Assembly (NCBI GenBank): GCA_965112735.1
Contig: OZ218951.1
Coordinates: 3,844,001 to 3,908,000, forward strand
Direction of reading: 5' to 3'
Length of the DNA stretch: 64,000 nt
Source of the DNA: Phaeosaccion multiseriatum
Taxonomy: Eukaryota; Protista; Ochrophyta, other classes
Shown here piece by piece: positions 37,219 to 50,600 of the stretch (positions are counted from its first letter, which is position 1; each line of letters begins with the position of its first letter). The notes beneath the pieces are model-generated. The model ran no database searches, was not told the DNA's origin, and saw only the letters and a list, made by a program, of their open reading frames with translations. Made by a program: the position numbers and the translations under genes.

Positions 37219-40200
37219 ATGTTTTCGTCGAACAAGATGATGAGCCACTTTTTGAAGACGAACAAAGGAGAGAAGGCCTTTGCGGGCCTGTCGGACGAGG
37301 AGGTTGCGGAGCGATGGATCCAACGAGTTTGTGACCCGGATTGGGTGCGAGTCCACCAGCGGCAGCTCTGCAATGCATGGAGATCATACGTCCAGGAAGG
37401 CAGGGATGTGAAGTGCGAGGTGTGCAGCGATGCGGAGAGGGAGGAGCTGAGCTTGGCGCCAAATGGGGCCAGAGCTCGGGACGTACGGCGTTTTAAAGCT
37501 CTGGAGAAGCTTCTGAGCACGGGAAGTACAGAGGGGGGTGCGCAGGAGGAGGAGGATGACATAGGCTGCAACTGGAACGCTAAGTTCCAGGAGGCCATGC
37601 AGCTGAGTGAGGAGGACACGGAGCGGAAAAAGAAGAAATACACATTGTTGACGGACATCAACAGGGACTTCGTGAGTGCGGCCGTCACGTACGGCAAGAC
37701 AATTATTTCAGAGTACTTTCTCCACGTGAAGGACAAGAGTATTCGTGCCACAGAGGCTCTAGGGGGGTTGGCGGGTGGCAAAAAGTACATTTGGCGAGGG
37801 ATCCTTTTCAAGCTTGCCGACAGCTCCAGCGGGCCTTACTGTGGCAACGACGAGGCAGCGGCCAAGGGGGCGGGCCACGACCTGCGAGGGGCCAATTTCT
37901 ACTGCTCTTGCAACGTGCCAGGTCTTCACTTCGCGCTCCAGTGCTTGATTGACTACAAGGGCTTTCGGATGACGGCGCAAGCCATCCTGCCTCTCGGGGG
38001 GTCAAGCTTGCTGTACGGCACGGCCGACGCGTGCTACACTTTGCTCAACGAAGACCCCATCTTGAGTGGCAAGCTGCAGCAGGCTGCGCAAAAGCTCCGC
38101 CTCAAGAAGCACACGGTGAACGGGAAGGTCATGTGGAGCGCCTGCGACGTGGAGGGCCACCTCGGCACAGACGGACGCTACTATGTGCTTGACTTTGCCC
38201 GTGCCTTTCCGCCAGAGTCGCCAGAGAGAGTTGAGCATTTGCATGCACTCCTTCCGGAAGGGACTGCTGTAAGTGTCTTGATGGAGGAGGAGGACGGGTC
38301 AGGCCCGGCCAAAGAGGCACAGGATTGGGGCGGCAAGGGAGGGGCACGACAGATGTGGCGGGGCGTCGTGGACGACGTTGTCATCAACCGAAGGAGGCAC
38401 GAGGACTGGAGCGAGAGGGACGTAGGGTACAACATTACATTGGAGGACGGAAGGCCCCTCAAGAACATCCCCGCTCGACGGGTCAAGGACCGCAACCTGG
38501 CCATATACTGGCGGATGCTACGGCCGGAGCTGGTGCGGCACAGAGGCTGGAGGACGCTGCACAAGAGCGGCGCCCGCACGCTCAGTCAGCGCTTCACCCT
38601 GCGGCCAGATGTGGTGGAGAGCTTTTTAGAGGAGAGGAGGGGGGTGGAGGAGCAGGATGAGCTCGTAAAGAAGGTACAGCTGGAGAACATGCAAAAAAAG
38701 AACCTCTTGTCCCGCTTGGGGCCTCGCAGGTGAGCGCCAGCACGAAGGAACAAGAGGATATAAAGCGTTTTCCATTCAGTTAGTGTGCGTGCTTCTGCCT
38801 CTGCCTCGACCCCTTCCCTAAGAGCATTGCCATCCCTTTCGCTCTCCCCCCCCCCCTTCACAGGGAGAGGTCCAACGCGCCAGCGGCATGCATAACTGAA
38901 GAGGGAGAGGGGCGTGACCAAACGACTCGGCTGCCCTTTGACACCAACGGCTATGACGTAGACTATGACGTGTTTACACCTTGCGATTCGATGGGGTGGA
39001 GAGGCTCGTCGAGATCCTCGTCGAGAGCCTTTCTGAGCTCAAACACAAGCTCCGCCTCCTCGTTCGGAGGGCAGTACGGTTGGTTCGAGGACAGCGTCAG
39101 AAGCATGGACAGCGGTGCCACGCTCACGGGGGGGCGCTCGACAACCAGGGGGTCAGTGGCAGGCAGGACCTTGCCCATCGAGGAGGGAGCGGGGGAGGAC
39201 CAAGCAGCGGGTATGCGTGCTGCTGGGGCAAGGGAGGCAAAAGGAAAGGCGGGGCTTTCATTGCGTGACTTGGGCAACCCCGATGATGATGATGATGATG
39301 ATGAGGATGATGATAGCGATAGTAGTAGTAGTAGTAGCAGTAGCAGTAGTAGCAGTAGCAGTAGCAGTAGTAGCAGCAGCAGCGGCAGCGGCAGCGGCAG
39401 TGGTCGCAAGAATGGGCGAGGAGGCTATTCCAACAGAAGGCGCGCGAATTCCGCCCCCACTGCCAAGACTTCAAGCACGGACGCGCAGGACCCCGCTGTG
39501 CTGCGGAAACTGATGTGCCTGATGAGGGATAAGGGCTTTGTCAAGGCGCTCAGCTCGGACACCTTCAGCAACTTTAGCAGAGACGACCCCCAGGCGGCCC
39601 AGAGCGCAATGGAGGTACGTACGGCTTGTGGTGTTCCTACTTCAGTGCTGGTTGATGCCCCTGGGTTGTGCAGGGTGTCGGGTATGCCTGCTCTCTTCTT
39701 CTTTCTCTCTCACCTCTCTTTTCTCCCCTCTGTTTCTCTGTTTCTCCCTTCTGTTTCTCCCCCTCTCTCCATATTGCTCTCTCTTGCGTTTCTCTCTTGT
39801 TGCTCTCCATCTGTTGCTCCCTCTCTCTCCTTCTCTCTCTTTCTATCTCTCTCCCTCTCCCCCACTCTCCCTTCCTCTCTCCCTCTCTCAATATCTCTTC
39901 CTCTCTCTCTGTTTGTCTCTCCCATCTCTCCCCCACTGTAGGTGCATGAGGTGACAAGTCTGCTGGTGGAGGAGCTCATCCCTGCCGTTGCACAAGACCT
40001 GGAGAAGCTCCCCCCCGAGGTGTTAAAGAGGTACGTGCTACATGCTTATGCAGAGACAGGGGCTCTTCGCTCTACTGAGCTACCCCCCCCCCCCCCACCT
40101 CCCCTCCGCTCTCTTCCCTCGTTGTTCCATCCTCTCCTGCGCTCTGCGAAACAGCATCAATGTGGGTGCGGAGCTGCATTCGCGGGGAGTGAACATCCGG

Positions 40201-41294
40201 CACCTCGGTCTTCTGCGCTCCAATGTAAGCGAGGAAGGAAGCGAGGGAGGGGGCCGGAGGGAGAGAGATAGGGGACGGGAGAAAGCCGCTAGAGAGAGAG
40301 AGAGGGGGGGGGGGATAGGGAGGGGGAGACAGCGAGAGGAGGAGAGAGATGGATGGCCGCAGCATTACCTTTTCAAAGAGGAAAGTTTCGTTTCTCCTGC
40401 CTCTCTCTGTTTTGTCCTGCCTCAGGTGAAACAAGTGGCGGAGAATGAGCTCTTAAGGGAGATCTTACTCGTGGAGATGGTGTCGAGAACGCTGAAGAAT
40501 TTGTTGCGCTCGTTCCAGCGCCAGTGGATGAAGGCCATGAGGTGAGAGTGCCGTGCTGTATCACCAACTGGTGTACTTGCCATGCCGTGCCGTGCCGTGC
40601 TGTGCTGTACTGTGCCATGCTATGCTTGCTGTCTTCTGCCCTCGTCCCTGAGAAGTAAGCTCTCCAAAGGTCCTATCCAAAGGCCCCCTCACAGCCCCCC
40701 CCCCCCCCCCCCCTTCAGGTCCACGAGCGAGCAGGGCATGTTCCGCCTTGTGGTAAAGTTCTTGAACTTTGTGACGGGTGCGCACCCCAACAGCATCACT
40801 TTCTGGAGCAGCAAGGTCACTGTGGGGCTGCTGCAGCGCTTCGGCATGAAAGCCCTCACCGACGTGGAGAGAGCACACTTGCAGAGTGTGGTGGGGCAGC
40901 CTGGAGTGCTCAAGACGTGCGTGTCAAAGCTCCTGGCCATGCAGGTGGGCAATGATGGTGCTCATGCAAGCACATGCAGGGATGGGGGGGGAGGGCCGTC
41001 CACACCGACCGATGCCTGACACTCCCGATGATGCCTCCCGATGATGCCTCCCGATGATGCCTCCCCGTCCTCTGACCAGCCCCTGACGTGCATGACATCA
41101 TGCGTGACTGCTGCCTCTTTCTGTTGTGATATGGACAATTGCTGCCTTTCTCTCTCTCTCTATGATACGTTGTGATGCGGTCAGGGGCTGGTCCTGACGG
41201 AAGCGGCGGAGAGTCAATTCTTCGATGACCATGATCCTGCGGTAAGCACCAATGCCCCGTACTGGCGGCTTCTCTCTCTGCAAAGACGTGACGG

Positions 41295-41340
<46 letters not shown>

Positions 41341-42183
41341 ATCTCTCTCTCTCTTTCTCTCTCTCCCTCTCTCTCTCTCCCTCTCTTTCTCTCTCTCTCT
41401 CTGTCTCTCTCCCCCCCTCTCTGTATATACATATATCCCCCCCCCCCCTGGATAGAGCTTTGAGTTCTTGGCTGCCGACCTCAAGTCCATCGAGCCCATC
41501 GTGTCATACGCACACATCATCGACAAGGGCAGCGGCCTTATGCACATCATGCAGGCCAACGCTCTGGCCGTGGCCGGCAGGTAAGCGGATAAGGAGGGGA
41601 TGGCACTGGATGGGAGGTGGTGTTGGTGTCTTGCCCCCGTTGTGGAGGTGGTACTCTGCACTCTCTCTCTTTCTGTCTCTCTCTGTGGCTTTCATGCTTG
41701 TGTGTGTGCTGGTGCAGATGGTTGCGCTGACTGATTTTCTCTGCTCCAATCAATCAACCAAACGCGCAACTGCTCAGCAACCCTCGAGCTCTGTCTCGCC
41801 TCAGTTACGTGGCCAAGCAGTGCTTCCTCCTCGCGCACGAGTCCCTGCCAGACGACGAGGACACCCTTCTGCACCTGCAGGAGTCAACCGACGCCATCAG
41901 CCTGTTGAGGCAAGACGTGGTGTCCAAGGCTCAAAGAGACTATCTCTCATTCGCACAGCTCAAGGACCGACGAGGGTGCTTCACAACAGACGATGGACAA
42001 GGTAATTGGGTTGGCATGGGGGGCAGGTTGGGGGGTAGGGTGGGGTGGGGTGGTGCGGCCTGATAGAGAGCAACGCCTCAACTATTCGAACGTGATGTTT
42101 TCGCTTTTGCAGTGATCATGCTGGACGCGGCTGGAGCGGGCAAGCGAAAACACTTTCGCAAGCGGATCGCGCACATCTTCGGG
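37219..42183 (+). CDS. Clu-domain (clustered-mitochondria-like) protein, at least 10 exons; 3' end unresolved (probably ~42750-42900)
   Basis: [91 protein letters not shown]. Confidence 0.8.
39700..39935 (+). repeat. Degenerate (CT)n microsatellite, intronic
   Basis: Directly visible pyrimidine repeat. Confidence 0.9.
41022..41060 (+). repeat. 13-bp tandem repeat CTCCCGATGATGC x3, intronic
   Basis: Directly visible. Confidence 0.85.
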
Positions 42184-42700
42184 GTGAGTGAGGGAGGGAT
42201 TGAGTGAGTGAGTGAGTGGGTGGGTGGGGGAGGGGGTGAGCGAGTGAGTGAGTATGTGGGAGGGGTGAGAGAGGGAGGGGGTGAGAGAGGGAGGGGGTGA
42301 GTGAGGGGGGGAGAGAATGAGTGAGTGAGTGAGGGAGGGAGAGAATGAGTGAGTGAGTGAGGGAGGGAGAGAATGAGTTTGCAGTGGAGTGAGTTGAGTG
42401 CGCGAGTGCGTGAGTGCGTGAGTGAGCGAATGAGTGAGGAGTGAGTGAGTGAGGGAGTGAGTGAGCGAGGGAGTGAGTTGATTAGGTTGTGAGCTGCGTG
42501 AGCGAGCGAGTGGGTGACTGAGGGAGGGAGGGAGTGGAGCTCCCTCCGGTTGTCGTAGGATCTATAGTAGTAGAGAAGTAGCAGTAGAACGGTAGTAGAG
42601 AAGAAGCAGTAGAACAGTAATAGTAGCAGTAGTAGCAGTAGTAGAGTAGTAGGAGGAGAAGAAGCAGAGTAGTACAGGAGGAGGAGGAGTAGAGGAGTGT
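42184..42700 (+). repeat. Compound (GAGT)n/(GAGG)n then (AGT/AGC)n microsatellite in a Clu-gene intron
   Basis: Directly visible. Begins at donor GTGAGT. Confidence 0.9.
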
Positions 42701-43317
42701 ACTTACCATGACACCTAACACCTCCCCCCTCAACACACAACACAACCCCGCCAGTCCCCCCCCCAGCAGCAGCAGCAGCAGCGACGCCCGTCGGACGACG
42801 CCGAGGAGGAACGGCCCAGCCAGAGCCACTCCGTAGGGGGGGGGTCCTCAGATGGCGTACAGGGCCCGCCTCCTCCCCCCTTACGTCTGTCGCGGGAGGG
42901 CGTGGTGGGAGAGGTGCTCTACCCGTACTCTATTCTCGGGACGCTCTCAGACACGAGCCAAACAGCGACCACCGCAGAGGCTTCGGCGGACTTGACTTGA
43001 CGGAGGGCAAGCACGGCACGCAGGGAGGGAGGGGCGCGACTGGGCATTCACCTTGTATCTCTAAAGTATATTTACATTTGTTTGAATTTGAGTGTGTGTG
43101 CATGACTCCAAGCTCTAAACACTCGAGCACTCAGGGCTCTAAACACTAGAGAGAGAGCCAGGGCTCTAAATATACTAGAGCAGTCAGGGCGGAGTAGCCG
43201 GCATCTGCCCTCTCCCTCTGCCTGCTTGCCTCCGCCGCTCTATTGCTTGGGGGTAGGATGATACCCAGGGGGACGAAACGAGAGGGGGCAGCACAGCGTA
43301 TGGACTGTAGTGCCGCC

Positions 43318-44386
43318 TCACAGATCCCATCCCGCGTTGTCGTTCTTCTGTTCACCGTCTGCGGCGAAATCTGGCACTGCCTTTCTGCTGCTCAGCACGT
43401 CGTTTGTGTTGGGCGCGGGCAAGGTGATGTACTTGTCAAGCTTCTCAATCACTTGCCCGGCCTTCGAAGGGCCGCACGTGAAGTTCTCCACGCGACCTCT
43501 GCATAACGAAGGCATGCGTCGTCGATCGAAGACATTCATGTTAGGCAGGCAGGAGGGGAATGGGAGAGGGCTTGAGAGGAAGGCGGAAGGAACCAGACAG
43601 CTAAATCGGATCGGTGCTATGCACCAAGAGTCTTCCCCTTCCCTTTAACGCTTGGCATGCACCATCGCTCACCTTCCTCCGGCGTACATGTCAACGTGGG
43701 GGAGTTTGGTAATATCCAGCATCTTGGCGAGTTCCCTGTTGGGGGCCCAGTCCATATCGAAAAACGAAACCGGTGGAGCCCCCCCTCCCTCGGGCTCCAC
43801 GCCGTATTGGAGGGCCATGCGGCGGTACTTCTTATCAAACGCTGTGGGGGGGGAAGGAACGGTGAAAGAGATTGATCAGAGACACGACTTGGCAGAACAT
43901 TGGCAGAACATGAGCAGGAAACAACTCTGCTCCCGCTAGGGACCCGCTCCCCCTTCCCCGCTGTGTGATCGACCGCCAATTCCGAGCCCTCGCCCGTGTC
44001 ATCTCGGACCCACCAACGCCGCTCTACTCACCTTTGCAAGCCATGCAAAACTTGGCGTAGAACTTTACCACTACTACGCTGTCCGGGTGCTCGGCTAACG
44101 CAGCCTTGTACTCATCCATGTTAGCGAGCAGCTAAGAGCAGAGCAAAAGATAAAGGGGAGAGAACGGGTTGAAGTCTTCCTTTTTAAACATGGACAAGGC
44201 TTCAGTCCGTACCTTCACAGGCGCAGCCGACAAGTCCTCCGACGCATCATCCTCTGGCGCTTCCTTCGCTCTCAATGTCGTCCTCGTCCTCGGTGGACCT
44301 CGCCCAGCGGGCACCAGAAGGTTAAAGCCGGACACCAAGGCAAGAAGTGCCGCAAGGAGGAGAGCAAGGGACGTCAGGGGATGCAT
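43318..44386 (-). CDS. Atypical thioredoxin-like protein (CMAC active site), predicted plastid-targeted, 4 exons
   Basis: Spliced translation: leader ...LVSG-F; VVVKFYAKFCMACK|AFDKKY...KMLDITKLPHVDMYAGG|RGRVENFTCGPSK. Confidence 0.85.
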
Positions 44387-44608
44387 TGGCCCCTTTGGGC
44401 GAGTAGCGACGCTGGACAACCAACCAACACGTAGGTAGGAGTGTCAGTTCCCTTCCTAAGCTGCTCAAGACCTCGGTAAAAGAAAGAGGGATGTGGTTCA
44501 GGGTTGTAAGGAGAAAGATCGAAATGGATTGTTAAAAGCTTCTTTTTTTCTTTTTTCTTTCTTTCACTCTCCTTCAAATTGCTGCACTAAGCATGATATC
44601 AGCGGCAT

Positions 44609-47600
44609 TCAGCTGTCTTCGTAGCCTTCCCGTTCCCCTTGCAAGAGCGCAGTCCACTCGAGGTAGGCCCTGCGCAAAGCCGCCACGCCGCTCTGCCCGA
44701 GGCCGGAGGATAGTCCTTCGGGACACGGCTGCTCGAGGAACAGGCGCACGGCAAGCAGCATAGAGCTCCGTTCGGACGGGGGCCTGGCGGTCAACGCCAC
44801 TACAGGATGGGCCCCTTGCTGCGGGCCGCCCTCTGCCTCCGCCTCCACCTCCGCCTCAGTGCCGATGAGGAACCCCGCCTGCCGAGCCGATACCCGTAAC
44901 GACCCGGGGGGGGCTGCATCCCCGACGTCCCCCCTGCCGCACAGCTGCAAGAGCCTAGTCTCTGCCTGGAGCAGCTCTGGAGAGGAGCAGAGCCCTGCCT
45001 TACCCCCCCTCAACACTGCATCCAGGCTGAGATTCAACACGAGGGTCGTCGCCAGCGCCAGCGCTCCCCCCGCGGGTGTCATGGAGAGGCTTTGCGTCGT
45101 CGCTGCGCTGGACCCCGCTTCTCTTCCCCCTTCCCCTCCTCCCTCTCCTCCGCGGGACAGCATGGGCGAGACAGGCGAGCCTAGCAAGCGCGTGATGCAT
45201 CGCAGCGCCCGCATGGCCACGTCCAGAGACCCCGCTGCTCCTGCTGCTGCTCCTGCTGCTGCTCCTGCTGCTGCTCCTCCTACCCGCTGCAGCTGGCGAG
45301 CAAGTACAGCGTACACGTGGCAGCACAGGGAGTCTACCCAAGCTTCGCGCGGTAGAAGCAGAGGCTGCATTGAAGCAGACATGTCGCTAGCAATGTCCAT
45401 CACCAGCTGCAGAAGCCACCTTAAGCGGAGGCCAGACGCCGCCGCCTCGAAGCCGTCCCTCCGCTGCTCCATCGATAAAACGTACGTGGGCAGGGCTCTG
45501 AGAAGGTCTCGAAAGTAGTAGGAGCGCAGGCCTGACACTTTGCGCTCGGCTTGCGACCGTGTCTCTGGTGGCAGGGACAAAGTCACGCGATCAACAGCAG
45601 CCGCCAGGCCAGAGCTGCGGTGCTGGGCCCGGTCCATGTTCAGCTTTGGATGGTAGTTGTGGAGCCCCGCAAGACCCGTCGCAAAGGACACGAGCACGGC
45701 CTGCTGGTCCTTGCCGCCAGAGGCAGTGATGCCGTCGGGAAGCACTCCGGTGGCACGGTCCAGTAGAGCCTTGAACCATGCCACATTCGGTGGTGCATGG
45801 AATGGCGTCTGGGAGAGGGCCACCAAGAGGTCAGGAATGTGCTTCAGCCCATGGCGCAAGAGGTTGCGATCAAGCTTCGCTTTGCCTTGATCCTGCCAAT
45901 TGTAATCGTCGGTGACACAACAGGGAAGGAGCACAAGCGGGGCGTGAGAAAAGCACAGCACAAGCGTCAGCGTCACGAAGCGTGAGCAAAAAGAAAAGCA
46001 AGGCAAAAGCGTCGCTGGAGGGAAGACGCGACTGACCTGTGGTGCTGCTTCTTGCCCTTCCTGCTCAGCAATGTCGTCGCCTGCCGCAGGCCCCGCCGGG
46101 GATCGAACGAGTCCAGGGAAGAAGCTCTCGACCAGCGTGGCCAAGAGCCCACTCTGCCTCATGCCGAAGGCGCACTGCCTGGCCAGCATGCCCACCACAG
46201 AGAAGCTCACGATGCAAGCGGCGCGCTGCAGCCATGCCAGAGCAGGAGCCCCTCCCCCATTCGAAGCGGTCAGCGAAGTGGTCAGTAGCCACCTCCATTC
46301 CTTTCGCACAAACACCCCCTGAAGAAAGCGCTTGGCGGCCGAGAGCGTGGTGTGGACGAGGGCTCTTGCCTGCTCTTTCTGCTTGTGGCTGCCCGTCCGA
46401 AGCGTGGTGGCCACCCCGCCAACGATGTGTGCCAAGTGGCGCACTCGAGCCAAGAGGCGCCGCTCGAAGGGCTGCAAGGACGACTCGCCGAGGTCCTGCT
46501 GAACTTGTGATGCCGCTACTACGCCAGGAAGCAGTCCCAGCGCAAGAAGCCGCACAGAGAAGGCGTGCATACCATTGCGAAGCATATCGACAAGCTGCTC
46601 CGTGCCTTCCTCTCGCTGACCGGCTGGGCTGGCTGGACACGGGAAGGTCAGGGGGTCGAGCACAGCAGAGGTCCACAGCCCCAGCGCCTCCCACTCCACG
46701 CCCTTCAACAGCTCAGTCGCCTCCGCCGAGCTCGCCTGCTCCAGCACTGCACAGAAAAAGGCCGCAGCAAGCAGTCTTTGCTGGGGCTTGAAGGGGTCGA
46801 ATTCAAAGTGCTTGTGCAGGTGCAAATGCCTTGTCACAATGTCGCGACCCTCTGCCGCCCTCCCAGCGCGAAGAAGCACGAGTGCCGCGCCTGCTTGGAG
46901 TCGCAACACCCCCGCATCTGCCCATTTCTCCACAGCGGGGACGAATAGGTTGCGGGAAGCACGGGTCCATCGGTACTCAATCAACCCACGCAGGGCAGGG
47001 ACAAGTTGCTCCGCGACAAGCTGAGCAGCAGCAAGCTCACCAGACGTAAGAAGCATGTCCAGACCGGTCAGGTCAGTATCGCTCACGTCTCCTTCGAACT
47101 CCTCCTCCTCCTCTGTGCTGATCTGCTGCTGCTGGTGGTGCTGGTGCTGGCCTTGGGCAGGGTCCTGCGGAGGGACATTTCCCGCCACAAGAGCTCCTTC
47201 CGACTGTTCCTGATGGTCGTCCTCCCCCCTCCGTCTCTCCCTCCATGGTGCCGGCACCCACGGCAGTGTACAGTAGCTCAAAGCAGCCAAAATACCCATG
47301 CCGCCAGCCTCGTCCAGCCACTTCCAGAGGGAAAACATGTGGGTAATAGCCGGCGAAAAGTCACTGCCCATGCTGCTGCCGCTGCTGCTGCTGCTGCCAC
47401 CGCTCCTACCCCCACCCCCAACCCCCTCCCTGGAAGTAGCCACGCGCAGTGCCAGGAGGGCCGAGCCGACCGCTATCGACAAGGTGGCCAGCGGGCGCTC
47501 CATCACACCCGAATTGGCCTGGTGAAAGCACACGTATCCCTTGCGCTCGAGCTCGCTCACCTCCTGTTGGAGCAGCGCCTGGGCCGTGTCCAAGCAGCCC

Positions 47601-50600
47601 CTTAGAATCTGCTGCAGGGCCCCGCTCCAGCAGTCCTCCTGCTGCGGCCCTCCCTCCTTGGCGCAAAACACCGCGTACAGGTACGCCGCCGCCGGAGCAA
47701 ACAAGGCCACGTAGCGCGCAGTGTCCGTGTGCTTTCGAGTCTCCTCTGCTGCCACACCCAGAAAGAGAGGCATGATTTTCGTGCTCGGAACCTGCCCCCC
47801 GGCCGCAAAGTGCAATAGCACAGTCAGCACCACTCGCGCGCTATCCGCCGCACCAAAGGCCGAGGAAGAGGAGGAGGATGCGTTGTAGAGCTCATTCAAG
47901 AAGCGATTGCGCTGGAAGGCACTCTTCAGCCGCTGGCCTACACGCGTCACAACGGCGGCCACAAGTTTGCACACCTCCTCCTCTTCGTCCTCTTGCGGGC
48001 ACAAGTCTGCCCACACCTCCTCCTCCTCTTCTCCCTCTTTTGCCACGGGGAGGGAAATGTGTGTGTGATGGCGGCACGCGCTGGTGGCGACAAGTCCCCT
48101 CAGCAAGGGCCCATACTCAACTCCGGGCCTACCGTGCTGCCCGAGACCAGCCATCGCGGCCACAGCTCGCCCGCCACCTCCCCGCCTCCGCGTAGCTGCG
48201 GCTGCTGTTGCAAGGCGCCCACTTAGCCTCTGGACGCCCAAAAAGAGGTGTTGGACAATGGGCTTGTCCACGGCCCAAAACTCGGACAGGGCAAGAACCC
48301 TCTCGAGAATCACTCGCACATGAACTGCGGGTGCGATGGCCTTCATGCCGCTTGCCATGACCATGTCCATCCCCGCATCGCTGTACTGGCATCGAGTGGC
48401 GTCCGCAAGGACCTCCTTCCAGTGCTTCAACGCCAAGTCTTCCCGCTCCTGGGCCTGCTCACTGCCAGGACCAGCAGCTGGTGGGGGGAGGACGGCACCA
48501 AATTCCAGCAGAAAAGGCGAACGCGTAAGCAACGCGCGAACACACATCCACTGCGCGCTAGACACTTCTTCCCACCGCTTCTTTGGCTGAGACTCGCCTC
48601 CACCCTGCCCAGCAAAAGAAGCCGCGGCCTTCGCCCCAAAGCGGCGGCGGTACAGGCGAAAGAGGTCAATCACGACTTTCCAGACCGTCTCGATGGATGC
48701 CTTACCGCCGCCACACCAGGGGAGAGTATCAATCCAGCAACCGTCCGATCCTCCAAGCATGGGGCTGAAGAAAGACAGAAGAATGCCCCACAATCCCACC
48801 GCCGCGGGCTTGCCAGGCTCCATGGGTACTTGCACGGCCGGTAACGGCGAAAGGCACCACCTTGCATCGCCGTCGGAGTCCCACCCGTCCAGTTCGATCA
48901 TCAGCGCTTGCCATAAGTCCCTCTCCCCGTCCATCAACACTTCATGAGTCTCGCTCAGCCCTCTGCTCCCCGTCAGGGAAGCGGCCATGACGCGCATGAG
49001 CAGCAGCTCCTTCACAGCCCAGCGGGCATGAAGTAGCCTCATCGACTCCTCTCCCCCCGCCCTTGGTGACCAGGTGTCGGCAAACGACAGCCAGCGCGCC
49101 AAGTGTCGGTGCAACACAAGATGCATCCTTAGTTCGGCTCTCGCTGCTACTGCGGCTGCTGCTGCTGCTGTAGCTCCCGACCCCTCGCCTTGTTGGGCCT
49201 CGTTTCGGTTCGTTGCCCTCTCAAACATTGCTGAAAGATCCCAGTGGCGGGCCAAAATGAGGGAAAATACTCTGCTGCCAGCCTTCCCCACTGCAAGGGC
49301 GGTCGGGCTCAGGGGAGGCGCCACTGCGATACGTCCGGCGACAAGGGCCAAGGCCTGCAGCAGCTGCTCATCGTCACCGTCGTTGCCACCCTCTTCCACG
49401 CGCTGGTAGAGCCAGTCTGTCAAGTCTTCCGTCGGCAGCTCGGACAGGAAAGAGCGCCCTCGTTGCCCTCCTTCGCGCTGGCGGGAAGGCCTGCTGGCCG
49501 GCACTATCAAAGCTTCGTCACTGTCCGAGAGCGCGAACAGCTCACCACTGTCAGCGTCATTGTTGGAAAGACCACCATCGCAAAGGACTGAATTACGGAC
49601 ACGAACATCCGCCTGCTCCATCTCCGGCGTTTCTCTTCTTTCCAGAGTCTCCTCTGAGACTCTACGCACCTCTCGCCCTCCTGCTTGCCGCGTTTCGTGT
49701 CGTGCTGGTCCTCCTGTCCCCCTTCTTCTCCCCTGTACAGACGCCCCTCGCGCCCTCCTCCTTGCCCCGTTTCGTGTCGCCCTCCTGCTCTGCCCCCCTC
49801 TTCTCCCTGGACAGCGGTCTTCCTCCTCCGCATATTCCCCAGGCCGTCCCAGTCCTTCTTCGACAAAGGATGTGAGCCCCTGTACTGGGGAGACGAGGTG
49901 CTGGTGCCCTTTTGTCGGGGTGCGCGCCCTCCTCCTTGCCCCGTTTCTTGTCGTGCTCGCCCTCCTCCGCTCTGCCCCCCCTCTTCTCCCATGGACAGCG
50001 TGTCTTCTCTTCTTCGTTCTTCTGCATATTCCCCAGGCCGCCTCCCAGTCTTCCCAACGAGGTCTTCGACAAAGGATGTGAGCGCCCTCGTACCTGGGGA
50101 TGAGCCGAGGTGCTGGTGCTCCTTTTGTCGGGGTGTGTTCTGCTGCCTCCTCCATTCGCCACCCCCCCCATGCCCTCCAATCCTACCACCCCCACCACGA
50201 GAGAAATCCTGTCCCACTGACGAGACTTGGCGCTTCCTTGAGGCGTTTCGCTGTTCCTTGGCTCCTCCCTCCCCACGAGGCCGCTTTCCTCCTCCTTGTC
50301 CGTCTGGCTCCCACACGTTCCTTCTCTCGCCTGCACCTCTGACCGACATGGGGCTTCTCTTCCTTCGCCTTGCCGTTGGTGCTCGCCCCGAGGCCTTCGG
50401 CCCAGAATCATCGCTGCTGCTGCTGCTGCTGCTCTCGCTCTCGCTCTCCAATGCATCCAAGAGGTCCTTCTTCAGCTGCTGCAGCTTGCGCTTCTCCCCC
50501 TCCCCACGCTCAGAATACTCCTTCAGATCCAGGTCCTCTTGAATCATCCACGCTTCATTGGCTTGTCTCTCACGCCCGTGAGCCCGCGAGTCAAGCTTCT

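Noticed and set aside
49680-50140. Repeats resembling a CRISPR or LTR structure; ORFs open in many frames
   Set aside because: Eukaryotic context, no constant repeat-spacer pattern, no cas, RT or transposase genes; purine bias explains the lack of stops.
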